64,000 nt of DNA from Mustelus asterias (Eukaryota), in assembly GCF_964213995.1 (NCBI RefSeq), contig NC_135825.1, positions 12,152,001 to 12,216,000 on the forward strand, given 5' to 3'. Of the stretch, positions 1 to 11,932 are shown one piece after another. Both the position numbers and the translations under genes were made by a program. Below the pieces are notes generated by a model. It had not been told where the DNA came from and searched no databases. It saw only the letters and a list, made by a program, of their open reading frames with translations. Numbering within the stretch: the first letter of the stretch is position 1; each line of letters opens with the position of its first letter.

Positions 1-3000
1 ATATAAACAGAATTCACAAGTCCAGACGGTCTGGAGGACCGCACCGACGCTGTGATCTCCTCAACACCGGTTGCGAAACCGGAGCAGGTGCTTGCGGTGG
101 CGTTCTTTCCAAAACAACGTCTGGCTGTCCCCTCAAGGACTCCCGGGCCGGTTGGCCCTGGTGAGGCGATGGTGCAGGGGATCCTGGAACCTTTGGTGGT
201 GGTGGTGGTGGTGATGATGGTCGCGCCGATCTCCCGAGTCTCAGGCAAGCTGTACATGGGAGTAAAAGTGTTATGCACTGGTCCCGGTGCTGACCGCGCC
301 ACGTCTCGGGAAGCAATGAGGAGTAGTGGATTCGTGACTGGGGGAATAGGAGCGACAGGAGTTGCTACGTCCCCTGCGGGCGCCAGGTCTCTAATGGAGA
401 CAGTGTCCTCTCGCCCGTCAGGATATGCCACATAGGCATACTGAGGGTTGGCGTGGAGGAGTTGGACCGGTTCGACCAAGGGGTCGGACCTGCGAGCCCT
501 CACATGTCGCCGCAGAAGGACGGGTCCTGGGTACGTCAACCAGGCTGGCAATGAGGTTCCCGAGGACATCCTCTCGTGGGGAGTAGCATTGGTTGCCGTA
601 CACAGGAGGGAGCGGATAGAATGGAGTGCCTTTGGAAGGACCTCCTGCCAACGGGAGACTGGAAGGCCCCTGGATTTCAGTGCCAGTAGGACAGCCTTCC
701 AGACTGTAGCATTCTCCCTTTCCACCTGTCCGTTACCCCTAGGGTTGTAGCTCGTGGTTCTACTAGAGGCAATCCCGAATGAGAGCAGGAATTGCCTCAA
801 GTCGTTGCTCATGAACGACGAGCCCCTGTCGCTATGAATGTAGCAGGGGTACCCGAACAGGGTAAAAAGCTCACTGAATGCCTTGATGACGGTGGCAGTC
901 GACGTGTCCGCACAGGGGACAACAAACGGAAACCGGGAATACTCGTCTATTATGTTGAGGAAATAGACATTCCGGTCCGTTGAGGGAAGGGGGCCCTTAA
1001 AATCCACACTCAGCCTCTCAAAAGGGCGAGTGGCCTTGACCAATTGTGCCCGGTCTGGTCGATAAAAGTGTGGTTTGCATTCTGCGCAAATCCGACAGCT
1101 TCTCGTCACTGACCTGACATCCTCCACCGAGTAGGGCAGGTTGCGGGCTTTGACGAAGTGGTAGAGTCTGGTGACTCCAGGATGACACAGATCATTGTGG
1201 AGAGCCTTCAAGCGGTCCTCCTGCATGATGGCGCATGTTCCGCGCGAGAGGGCATCCGAGGACTCATTGAGCTTCCCTGGACGATACATAATATCGTAAT
1301 TATAGGTGGAGAGCTCAATTCTCCACCGCAAGATCTTATCGTTCTTGATCTTGCCCCTCTGCGTGTTGCTGAACATAAACGCCACGGATCGTTGATCCGT
1401 GATCAGGGTGAACCGCTTCCCTGCCAGGTAATGGCGCCAGTGTCTGACTGCCTCCACAATGGCCTGAGCCTCCTTCTCCACCGCTGAGTGCCGAATTTCG
1501 GGGCCTTGAAGGGTGCGGGAAAAGAACGCGACGGGCCTGCCTGCCTGGTTTAGTGTGGCGGCTAGGGCGAAATCAGATGCATCACTCTCCACCTGGAAAG
1601 GGATGGATTCATCCACTGCGTGCATCGTGGCTTTCGAGATGTCGCTTTTCAAAGCCTTGAAGGCCAATTGGGCCTCCGGCGTAAGTGGGAAGGTCGTGGA
1701 CTTAATGAGCGGACGAGCTTTGTCCGCGTAGTTGGGGACCCACTGTGCATAATACGAAAAGAACCCGAGGCATCTCCTCAGTGCTTTCGTGCTAGCGGGC
1801 AAGGGAAGTTCAGTAAGTGGGCGCATACGGTCTGGATCAGGGCCAATGACCCCGTTTTCCACCACGTATCCGAGGATGGCTAACCTACGCGTACGGAATA
1901 CGCACTTCTCCCTGTTATAGGTCAGATTCAGGCGAGATGCAGTGCGCAGAAAGTGTTGGAGATTCGTGTCGTGGTCCTGCTGGTCATGGCCGCAGATGGT
2001 GATGTTATCCAGGTACGGGAAGGTAGCCCGCAACCCGTTCTGGTCCACCATTCGGTCCATAGCACGCTGGAAGACCGAGACCCCATTGGTGACACCAAAT
2101 GGAACCCTGAGGAATTGGTATAGACGACCATCCGCCTCAAAAGCCGTATATTGTCGGTCCTCTGGGCGGATGGGGAGTTGATGGTAGGCGGACTTAAGGT
2201 CTATGGTAGAAAACACTCGGTACTGCGCAATCTGATTGACCATATCAGAAATGCGCGGGAGAGGATACGCATCCAGCTGCGTATAACGATTAATGGTCTG
2301 ACTATAGTCGATGACCATCCGAGGTTTGTTCCCGCTTTTGACTACCACGACCTGCGCTCTCCACGGACTAGCACTGGCCTGTATGATCCCTTCCTTGAGG
2401 AGCCGCTGAACCTCAGATCTAATAAAGATCCGGTCCTCAGCGCTGTAACGCCTACTTTTAGTAGCGATGGGCTTGCAGCCAGGTACCAGATTTTTAAAAA
2501 GGGATGGTGTAGTGATTTTCAGGGTGGATAGATTGCATGCAGGGCGCTTTGGGCAATTTGGAGGCTGCGGCTGATTCCCTACTGCCAGTGAAGGGAGTGG
2601 CCCACCGTACTGTAGGATCACACTCTTCATGTGGACCATAAAGTTTAGTCCGAGGAGAATTGGCGCGCAAAGGTGAGGTAACACAAGGAGCCTGTATTGC
2701 TCGTAAATTGTGCCCTGTACCTCAAGAGTTACCATACATCGTCCTTGGATCGGTACAGACCGGGACCGTGATGCCATGGAAATTTTCTGCTTGGCAGGGA
2801 GAACCCGGAGTCCACACCTTTTAGCAGTTTCAGGGTGTATGAAACTTTCGGTGCTCCCACTGTCAAACAGACAATTCACAGTTCGACCACTAACCTTTAT
2901 ATCCATCATGGAATTTTCATGTCTGTAGTGCCTGGTCTGGTCCAGGGAGATCGACGCCACCGTTGGCCCCTGGGCGTCACTGCATGCTGCCGATGTGGAT

Positions 3001-4334
3001 GCTGAGGACCCCTGCTGGTCGCTCCTAGTCGTCGTGGACCATGATGGCTGCCCCCATGAATCGCACATGGGCGAGGGCGCCAAGTGCAGCGACTCCTGGT
3101 GGTCTTCCTCCTCCTCCGTCAGCCACGATGGCGCCATCCTGGGATCGCACGTGGTCGGACCTCGTGGGTACTGCGACGCTGAAGGAGATTGTCTCCGTTC
3201 TGGAGGGTTACAAGCTGCACTGCCGTTTTTAGGCTTGGACCTGCAGACTTTGCCGTAGTGGCCTTTTTTACCGCACTGGCTGCAGATTGCCGTTCTTGCC
3301 GGACACTGTTGCCGTGGATGCTTGGCCCCACCACAAAAATAGCATCGCTGGCCACCTGGAGCTGCCGCCGTCGTCGGATCGATCTGGGAGCGCGGGTTAG
3401 CGGGGCGAGGAGGGAGCTGAGCTTGCTCCAGCCACGTTGACTGCACGTGGTCCTCGGGGTACAGCGCCAAGCTCTTCGACGCCGCTTCCAGCATCACGGC
3501 CATCTCCATTGCTTGGGTCAAGTCGAGTTTCCCCTTTTCCAGCAATTTAAGCCTGATGTACGAGGACCCTACCCCTGCTACGAACGCGTCTCGGGCGAGG
3601 TCGTACATATATTGTTCGGCTGATACGTCTTTACAATCGCAACCCCTGGCAAGCTGCAGGAGCTCATTGGCGTAGTCCTCCATGGTTTCGCCCGACTGCC
3701 AACGTCGTGTAGCGAGGAGGTAACGAGCATGTATCTCGTTGGGTGGCTTCGTGTATCTTTTTTTTAGGAGCTCGACGGCACCCGGGTAAGTGGGAGCTGC
3801 ACGAATGGCGAGATAAATCATGTCGCTTACCCTTGCGTGGAGGACCTGGAGTTTATCACTGTCTGTAGTGATAGCTACTGAGGCTGCCAGGTAGTCCTCG
3901 AAACACTTCCACCAATGGTCGAATGTGTTAGCTGCACCGACCGCACGTGGGTCCAGTGTCAGACGATCCGCTTTTAAGATCTGTTCCATACTCTCTTTTT
4001 TTTTGTACAGCTGTGAGTTTTCTGTTACACAATAAAATTGATGCGCAACAATTAAGCACGTGGAACCAAGGCTTCGATATTGAAGGCTTTTATTGTGTAA
4101 CAATGGAACTACTAACACGAATACACCAGTTCAGACTGAAGGGGTCCTGCCGGAGCAGGGGGTCTTATACCTCGCCACCGGAGGCGGGACCCCACTGGAA
4201 TGTGCCATGATAACTCTTATAACAGGTAAACACCCTAACCCAACAACATTGTACAACCCCCACAGTAACAACACCCTAGCCCAACAGTAACATAATAACA
4301 ACCCTCAGTGGTGAACCAACGATGGTTCACCACA
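1..4334 (-). mobile_element. Ty3/Gypsy LTR retrotransposon, paralogous copy in gene A intron (3' end outside window)
   Basis: Near-identical to 36589-40943. 5' LTR at 4039-4334 is followed by GTTTC (4335-4339). gag-pol starts at ATG 3989 and runs off the left edge, with a 21-bp in-frame deletion at 567/568 relative to the other copy. Confidence 0.96.
4039..4334 (-). repeat. 5' LTR (296 bp) of Gypsy copy A
   Basis: TG...CA termini on the minus strand; identical by eye to 40648-40943. Confidence 0.95.
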
Positions 4335-4361
4335 GTTTCCATGGAGATTTTTATGATCATT

Positions 4362-4884
4362 TGGAACATTTGGAATATTGTGTCCAATTCTGGTCACCAC
4401 ACAACCAGAAGGATGTGGAGGCTTTGGAGAGAGTGCAGAAAAGGTTGACCAGGATGTTGCCTGGTATGGAGGGTATTACCTATGAGGAGAGTTTGAATGA
4501 GCTGGGATTGTTCTCCCTGGAAAGACAGAGGCTGAGGGGCAACCTGAGAGAAGTTTATAAAATTATGAGAGGTGTGGATAGAGTGAACAGTTGGAAGCTT
4601 TTTCCCAGGCAGAAATGACAATTAGAAGGACGCACAAGTTCAAGATAACGGGGGAAAGATTCAGTGGAGATGTGCGGGAGAACTTTTTTACACAGAGGGT
4701 GGTGGGCGCCTGGAATGCACTGCCAAGTGAGGTGGTTGAGGCACTTATATTAGCTATATTTAAGGTTTTATCTTGGTAGACGTATGAACAAACAGGGAAT
4801 AGAGGAATATAAGCATTGGTAAACGTGATCAGCGCAGGAAGGGCCTGTTCCTGTTCTGTACTGTTCTTTGTTCTTTGTTCTTTG
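4362..4884 (+). mobile_element. CR1 LINE 3' fragment (paralogue 40971-41493)
   Basis: Translates to HLEYCVQFWSPH...LERVQ...RLRG...FFTQRVVGAWNALP (CR1 ORF2 C-terminus) with frameshifts; (GTTCTTT)n tail. Confidence 0.9.
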
Positions 4885-4977
4885 ATCCCTTTAAGGGGCT
4901 TTCACCATATTGGATTATTTAATTGTTTAATTTGCCGATTTGTTAACTTTTAATCTGTCAGCTTCACCCTGAATTTT

Positions 4978-6773
4978 CATAAGACCATAAGACCATAAGA
5001 CATAGGAGCGGAAGTAAGGCCATTCGGCCCATCGAGTCCACTCCACCATTCAATCATGGTTGATTTCAACTCCATTTACCCGCTCTCTCCCCATAGCCCT
5101 TAATTCCTCGAGAAATCAAGAATTTATCAATTTCTGTCTTGAAGACGCTCAACGTCTCGGCCTCCACAGCCCTCTGTGGCAATGAATTCCACAGACCCAC
5201 CACTCTCTGGCTGAAGAAATTTCTCCTCATCTCTGTTCTAAAGTGACTCCCTTTTATTCTAAGGCTGTGCCCCCGCGTCCTAGTCTCCCCTGTTAATGGA
5301 AACAACTTCCCTACGTCCATCCTATCTAAGCCGTTCATTATCTTGTAAGTTTCTATCAGATCTCCCCTCAACCTCCTAAACTCCAATGAATATAATCCCA
5401 CGATCCTCAGACGTTCATCGTATGTCAGGCCTACCATTCCTGGGATCATCCGTGTGAATCTCCGCTGGACCCGCTCCAGTGCCAGTATGTCCTTCCTGAG
5501 GTGTGGGGCCCAAAATTGCTCACAGTACTCCAAATGGGGCCTAACCAGTGCTTTATAAAGCCTCAGAAGTACATCCCTGCTTTTGTATTCCAAGCCTCTT
5601 GAGATAAATGACAACATTACATTTGCTTTCTTAATTACGGACTCAACCTGCAAGTTTACCTTTAGAGAATCCTGGACTAGGACTCCCAAGTCCCTTTGCA
5701 CTTTAGCATTATGAATTTTGTCACCGTTTAGAAAATAGTCCATGCCTCTATTCTTTTTTCCAAAGTGTACAACCTCGCACTTGCCCACGTTGAATTTCAT
5801 CAGCCACTTCTTGGACCACTCTCCTAAACTGTCTAAATCTTTCTGCAGCCTCCCCACCTCCTCAATACTACCTGCCCCTCCACCTATCTTTGTATCATCG
5901 GCAAACTTGGCCAGAATGCTCCCAGTCCCGTCATCTAGATCGTTAATATATAAAGAGAACAGCTGTGGCCCCAACACTGAACCCTGCGGGACACCACTTG
6001 TCACCGGTTGCCATTCTGAGAAAGAACCTTTTATCCCAACTCTCTGCCTTCTGTCTGACAGCCAATCGTCAATCCATGTTAGTACCTTGCCTCGAATACC
6101 ATGGGCCCTTATTTTACTCAGCAGTCTCCCGTGAGGCACCTTGTCAAAGGCCTTTTGGAAGTCAAGATAGATAACATCCATTGGCTCTCCTTGGTCTAAC
6201 CTATTTGTTATCTCTTCAAAGAACTCTAACAGGTTTGTCAGGCACGACCTCCCCTTACTAAATCCATGCTGACTTGTCTTAATCCGACCCTGCACTTCCA
6301 AGAATTTAGAAATCTCATCCTTAACGATGGATTCTAGAATTTTGCCAACAACTGAGGTTAGGCTAATTGGCCTATAATTTTCCATCTTTTTTCTTGTTCC
6401 CTTCTTGAACAGTGGGGTTACAACAGCGATTTTCCAATCCTCTGGGACTTTCCCTGACTCCAGTGACTTTTGAAAGATCATAACTAACGCCTCCACTATT
6501 TCTTCAGCTATCTCCTTTAGAACTCTAGGATGTAGCCCATCTGGGCCCGGAGATTTATCAATTTTCAGACCTTTTAGTTTCTCTAGCACTTTCTCCTTTG
6601 TGATGGCAACCATATTCAACTCTGCCCCCTGACTTTCCTGAATTGTTGGGATATTACTCATGTCTTCTACTGTGAAGACTGACGCAAAGTACTTATTAAG
6701 TTCCTCAGCTATTTCCTTGTCTCCCATCACTAGATTACCAGCGTCATTTTGGAGCGGCCCAATGTCTACTTTT
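4978..6773 (-). mobile_element. CR1 LINE, 5'-truncated, open RT frame
   Basis: ORF 5066-6940 has KSPGPDG, NYRPISLTS, QGSVLGP, FADD and the CR1 C-terminus, but no APE endonuclease. (CATAAGAC)n tail at 4978-5004. The first ~55 aa of the ORF are flanking read-through. Confidence 0.95.
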
Positions 6774-7321
6774 TGGTTTATTTGAAAGAAGCACAAACTG
6801 ACACATTGCGGATACATCTGGATGTTGGGAGTTTGACTGGCTTCCCAACATATTGTCAATTTCTGTGTATTTAACCCCCTCTGTGCTCCCCCACCCACCC
6901 CCACAGCCCCACCATTCAGCGCTAAACCAACAAGGTACAATTACTACCAACTGGCTGCTCACTTCACTTTGTTAATGTCTGACTATTGGATTGATCTGGA
7001 CTGTAAAAATCTGACAGTGTGATATTTAAGACATTTCAGAGACAGGAAAATATTCTGAGCATCGCGGGTAATGTCTTTCACAATATCCTGCAGTTAAAGG
7101 AATTGTTTGTCTGATTATGTTTGAAGTTCTTGATCAGAATGTTGGACAGGCCACGAATTGAGTTTGTGTCACAAGAGTCGGATTTCCAGATCTCTGCCCT
7201 CTAGCTGCCAGACTCTGCATTGCTGCAGAGCCTCGGGATATCGGAGCTGTCAATGTTTCCTTGTGGATAAAACATGGATCAGACATTTCAGTAATAAAGA
7301 AAATCATTCAGAATAATGTAC

Positions 7322-7642
7322 CGTAAGATATTTGCAGCTCCACGGTTACCTTTGGATCTAAGTCAGGTATATCAATTCCACAGCGATACCATCCTGCATC
7401 TCCTGAGCGAAGATCCTCCATCGTAACAGCAAATATTCCTTGTGCCTTGTTATCTGTGATCGACATTCTCCCTCGCCGTCCATCTGGATCATCCGTTCTC
7501 ACTAAATATGAGCACTGTTCAGTCCAACCGTGACACCAATATTTCACGTTTTGTTTGTATTTCCCTTTATAATTGCAATTTATTGTGATCGATCTTCCCA
7601 CAATTCCTGTGACTTTCTTTTCTGCCCACAATGCACCTGAAA
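7322..7642 (-). CDS. Gene A exon 2: V-set Ig domain (V1), CD300/pIgR-like
   Basis: Acceptor tctcctcag|TTTCAGGT and donor TACG|gtacat; 321 nt, phase 1-1. VSGALWAEKKVTGIVGRSITINC...KYWCHGWTEQC...DAGWYRCG: canonical B/F Cys, C-strand Trp, DxGxYxC and the extra C-C' Cys pair typical of CD300/pIgR/TREM V domains. Confidence 0.92.
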
Positions 7643-8335
7643 CTGAGGAGACAACATTTCAGCAATTGACCAAGTAAATAACTGCTTCATACAGAGAGAA
7701 ACATTTTAATAAGATTTACCACTGTGTACAGAGGAAACTCTCCAATACCTGTATTCATCATTCTCTTTCTAGTTTGTGATCAATGAAAACATGAATATAG
7801 AGCCGTGCTGTCAGTGCCAAAGTACTTCACTGACAATGATTTCTTGTGAATGTACAGTGGCCATTGTTATTGTGTCACCTTGTCACTCAAGCTTTGCACT
7901 GGCGCCTCTGAATGGGTGGATTGCAGGGTCAGGTCCCACTCCAGAGACTGGAGTATAAAATCTACACTAACATTCCAGTGTAATACTGAGGGACAAGATG
8001 GCTCAGATTTTCCTCCCTCAGTCATGTTCAAAGAGCTCGGTGATGCCATTCAGGTGAAAGGTTCATCTGACACCCAGGTCTGGAGGTTCCCTGTCATGGA
8101 GAAAATCCCGGGAATGGCTGGAATTTCAAAGTCCTAAGAGTGGGAGCGGGACTGGAATCAGGCTGCATACACGATTCGTGGAGGCGAATTGTCATTAAAT
8201 TCAACACCTGCCTTGATTTAAGTGAGATTTTGGATGAACAGGAGTGTGGAATCCGGTGTGTGCAGATTAGAATAGTTAAGAGAAGGTTTGAACTTGGTGG
8301 ATTCTTATGGACAGCCAGGGTATGCCTTCTGGACA

Positions 8336-8438
8336 GGAAAGTTACTCTTTGGAAGAGGAAAGTTACTCTTTGGGAGGGGAAAATTACTCTTTGAGGGGGG
8401 AAAGTTCCTCTTTGTGGGGAGAAATTTATTCTTTGGGA
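8336..8438 (+). repeat. 21-bp tandem repeat, about 5 degenerate copies (paralogue ~44945-45047)
   Basis: GGAAAGTTACTCTTTGGAAGA-like units. Confidence 0.8.
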
Positions 8439-8639
8439 CAAACTCTGGTGAGTGGTCAGGGCCAGAGTGATTATCTGGTTGTTTCAATTATTCTATTTAT
8501 TAACCATGGCGCTGGGGCACAGAAACAGGCCTTGTGTCCAGCTCACCTCCGGGCTGAGCAGCCTGTGGATTTGTTCCTGGGTCACCCGTCTCGATTCATT
8601 TTTTAATGCCTTTCCTGACTCAATGAACACGACCCAGGG

Positions 8640-8890
8640 ATGAGATGAGGAGATTGTTTTCACTCAAGGTGTTGGGAATCTTTGGAATTCTCCACCGCAG
8701 AAAGCTTTAGATGTACAGTCTTGAAGGATATTAAACACAGAGATTTATACATTTTTGTGGTACTAACATAATCGAGGGATATGGGAATAGTGCGGGAAAT
8801 AAGATTTGAGGTTGGAGATCAGTCAGGATGTTGTTGAATGATGGAGCAGGCTCAAAGGGACAAATGGCCATCTCCTGCTCTTATTTCTAA
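8640..8890 (+). mobile_element. Old CR1 3'-end fragment (paralogue ~45249-45499)
   Basis: gagatgaggaga...ttggaattctc...gatggagcaggctcaaagggacaaatggcc resembles the CR1 3' ends elsewhere in the window. Confidence 0.7.
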
Positions 8891-9066
8891 TGTTCATCTT
8901 GAGGGGGAGAGGTGGCAGTATGAATCAAAAATTCCATTGCAGCCAGCATAATAGCATCAGTTTAATATGGGGCTGGTGTGAAAATTTAGATTTACTTTAA
9001 AAAGAAAATGATTACATCTTTGAAGGTCAAAGTAGACCAACCATGTACAAGTGATTGGATGGTACC

Positions 9067-9390
9067 ATGGTGAGCCCGGCTGCCTCACAGGGCCAGTGAC
9101 TTGGGTTCAATTCTGGCCTCAGGTGACTGTGTGGAGCTTGCATATTCTCCCATGTCTGCGTGGGATATCGCAGGGTGCTCCAGTTTCTACCTACAGTCCA
9201 AATATGTGCAGGTTAAGTTGATTGGCCATGCTAAATTGTCCCTTAATGTCCAAAGATGTATAGGTTAGGAAGTTAGTGAGGGAAATATGTGGTGTTACGG
9301 GGATAGGGCCTGGGTAACATGCTTAGCCGGAGAGTTGTTGCAGATGTGATGGGCCGAATGGCCTCCTTTTGTACTGTTGAGATTCTTTGA
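9067..9390 (+). mobile_element. tRNA-derived SINE (HE1/V-SINE-like), degenerate (paralogue ~45676-45999)
   Basis: B-box-like GGTTCAATTC, central tgtggagcttgcatattctccc...ctgcgtggg domain and a CR1-like 3' end (gggccgaatggcctcc). Confidence 0.8.
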
Positions 9391-9464
9391 AGCAGATTTA
9401 CCAACAGAGCTTCATAAAACAATATTTCATTCGTAATAATTTAAATAATACAAACAAAAGAAGG

Positions 9465-10120
9465 AAAATGGTCTGTTGGCCTTCATAGCGGGAGGATTTG
9501 AGTACAGGGATAGGGATGTTTTGCTGCAATTGTACAGGGCATTGGTATGGCCTCACCTGGAGTATTGTGTGCAGTTTTGGTGTCCTTATCTGAGGAAGGA
9601 TGTCCTTGCTATAGAGTAAGTACAGTGAAAGTTGACCAGGCTGATTCCTGGGATGACAGGTCTGCTTTATGAAGAGGGACTAAGTCAGTTAGGATTATAT
9701 TCACTGGTGTTTAGAAGAGTGAGGCGGGATCTCATAGAAATTTATAAAATTTGAACAGGGTTACAGAGGGTAGATTCAGAAAGAATGCCCTCAATGGTGA
9801 GGGAGTCCAGAACTAGGGGGTCATAGTTTGAGGATAAGGGGCAAACCATAAAGAACTGAGATGAGGAGAAACTTTTTCACCCAGAGGGTGGTGAATGTGT
9901 GGAATTCACTCCCACAGAATGTAGTTGAGGCCAAAACGTTGTCTGATTTCAAGAAAAAATTAGATAGAGCTCTTGGGGATAAAGGGATCAAGGAATATGG
10001 GAAGAAGGGGATCAGGGTATTGAATTGGATGATCAGCCATGATCAAAATGAATGGCGGAGCAGGCTCGAAGGGCCGAATGGCCTACTCCTGCTTCTAGTT
10101 TCTATTTTTCTATGTTTCTA
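9465..10120 (+). mobile_element. CR1 LINE 3' fragment (paralogue 46074-46729)
   Basis: cctcacctggagtattgtgtgcagttttgg (PHLEYCVQFW), MRRNFFTQRVVNVWNSLP and a tctatgtt-type tail. Confidence 0.9.
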
Positions 10121-10743
10121 ATTGCAAACTTGAGGAATATTTTCCTGGAGCCTTTGTTGCCTCTGCAGTCTTCAGAGTCAATTCAATGAGCAATAATCTG
10201 CAATGGATCACAGGCATCTCTCAACTTGAGGGAGGGACAATTGGTTACATTTAGTGTGGGGGGCAGGAATGGGGAAAGGTGAGGAGGCAGATTTCCATAA
10301 ACTACCACAGCCGCTCTGAGGATTGAACCCCTGCCATTGGAATCATTCCGCATTGCACTCCAAACAACTGAGCCAATCAAACCCTCCAGTCTCCAGGATA
10401 TATTGAGCATGAAACTACATTAACAAGTTAACTTTTATTGGACTGAAATGTGTGGCTTCTGCATTTTAATTATATTAATCATGTAGCTTTTTAACAAAAA
10501 TAAATAGGTTAATTTATATTCACAATCAATAATGCCGTTTATTATTTGCTGGGTAAATATTTCTGTGGTACAATACTATCAACAAAATAGCTACAAATAT
10601 CACACAAATTCATTAATTTATTTTTGCTGAGTTTTTGTAGCTTTACATGTCTCCAAGTATTTCAATATCTCTGCGGGATAAACCATGCACGAGACTTAAT
10701 CTAACACTCATCATCTCGGGATCCAGCTTTGTCCCTTACTCAC

Positions 10744-10780
10744 CAGGCAGAGAAAAGATGACAAGAATCAGAATCCACAT
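10744..10780 (-). CDS. Gene A exon 1: signal peptide (MWILILVIFSLP+G)
   Basis: ATG at 10780 in acaATGT context, 37 nt hydrophobic, consensus donor CCTG|gtgagtaag, phase 1. Joins V1 in frame to give MWILILVIFSLPVSGA-LWAE. Confidence 0.9.
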
Positions 10781-10872
10781 TGTTATCTTGGCAATGTTTC
10801 GATCAGTATTTATCGTCTGTCACCCAGCTCTTTGTTGAGATGTTGAAAGGCGGATCCAATAAACTCTGATAC

Positions 10873-11146
10873 GGAAACGAAATAAGATTGAAGAAAGCAG
10901 CAAGCCAGGCCTCAGGAAATTCCACCCTTCAGAAAGCTCCAGAACGGAGGTCCCAGCTGGCCACTGCTATCACTGGTTGTGCCAGCTCTAAAGATCCCCT
11001 TTAGCTGCTGATCTCCTTGTTCCAGCAGGCACAGCTCTATATCTGCACCTTTGGTGACCTGTGGACAGTTACTGTCCGGCTTTGACAGTGTCGCTCAGTG
11101 TGGTTGATGACATCATGGGAGGTGTGATTCACCCTGACACTTCCTG
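10873..11146. promoter_or_regulatory. Candidate leukocyte-type proximal promoter motifs of gene A (paralogue 47482-47755 for gene B)
   Basis: GGAAACGAAA (ETS-IRF composite pattern GGAAnnGAAA) at 10873-10882, TGTGGTT (RUNX) at 11099-11105 and CACTTCCTG (ETS/PU.1-type) at 11138-11146, all within 370 bp upstream of the ATG. Motifs are short and function is inferred. Confidence 0.4.
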
Positions 11147-11574
11147 CACTGTTGCTGAAAACAGAAAGGCCCAGAATTTGCTGAAAATACCACAGTGTGT
11201 AAACTGGCCAATGAACTGAGACAATGAAGAGATGTCAAACGAAATAAACAGGCCACAGAATGTTCAGTCTCGTAACATCATCCTCCCTGGCCCAGAATGC
11301 GAACAATTATAAACTCTGGAGTTTCCCTTTCTCCTGGATTGAATTAATGACCTGGATTTTCCAATGAGAGGAACGGCGAAGGTTAACAAACATTCACTGT
11401 TATTATGGAGTAAATGAGGTGGTAAATATCATGGCTGATATTTTTCTCATCCCCATTCTCCTGCCTTTTCCCCATAACCCCTGACCCCCTTATTAATCCA
11501 GAACCGATCTATCTCTGTCTTAGCACAGCCAATCCACCTAACCTACACATCTTTGGACACTAAGGGACAATTTA

Positions 11575-11757
11575 GCAACTCCCCTCCCCCCCCCCTTGCC
11601 CCCAGTCCCCCCCCCCCCTTTGCCCCCAAGTCCCACCCCCTTTGCCCCCAGTCCCCACCCCTTGCCCCCAGTCCTCCCCCTTTGCCCCCAGTCCCCCCCC
11701 CTTTGCCCCCAGTCCCCCCCCTTTTCCCCCAGTCCCCCCCCCCCACTTTGCCCCCAG
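11575..11757 (+). repeat. C-rich minisatellite (TTGCCCCCAGTCCCCCCC-like units; paralogue ~48184-48345, 21 bp shorter)
   Basis: About 8 tandem ~21-bp units with long C runs. Confidence 0.9.
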
Positions 11758-11932
11758 TTCAGAGAGGATGGTGGGTGCAATTGATAGGGGGAGGAGGGTC
11801 ATGAATCAGGAATGGTCCCTCCCACTTGTGAAAATTGAGGATTTGGGACTGAGTTTGACTATTGTTCAGTGAGCCAACTCCGGCACAATGAGCTGAATCA
11901 ATTCCTTCTGTTCTGTAGTTTCTAGAGGGCGG

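Noticed and set aside
14-4290. Many short plus-strand and alternate-frame ORFs over the Gypsy elements and CR1s
   Set aside because: Antisense or shadow frames of gag-pol and ORF2 with no independent motifs.
5066-6940. 624-aa RT ORF as a domesticated host gene or autonomous LINE
   Set aside because: It is a 5'-truncated CR1 without endonuclease. The N-terminus is chance read-through from flanking DNA, and the second copy exists only because of the segmental duplication.
8336-8438. Regularly spaced repeats as a CRISPR-like array
   Set aside because: Contiguous 21-bp tandem units with no unique spacers, in a vertebrate intron with no cas genes.
11538-11872. Gly-rich and Pro-rich ORFs
   Set aside because: Artefacts of the C-rich minisatellite.
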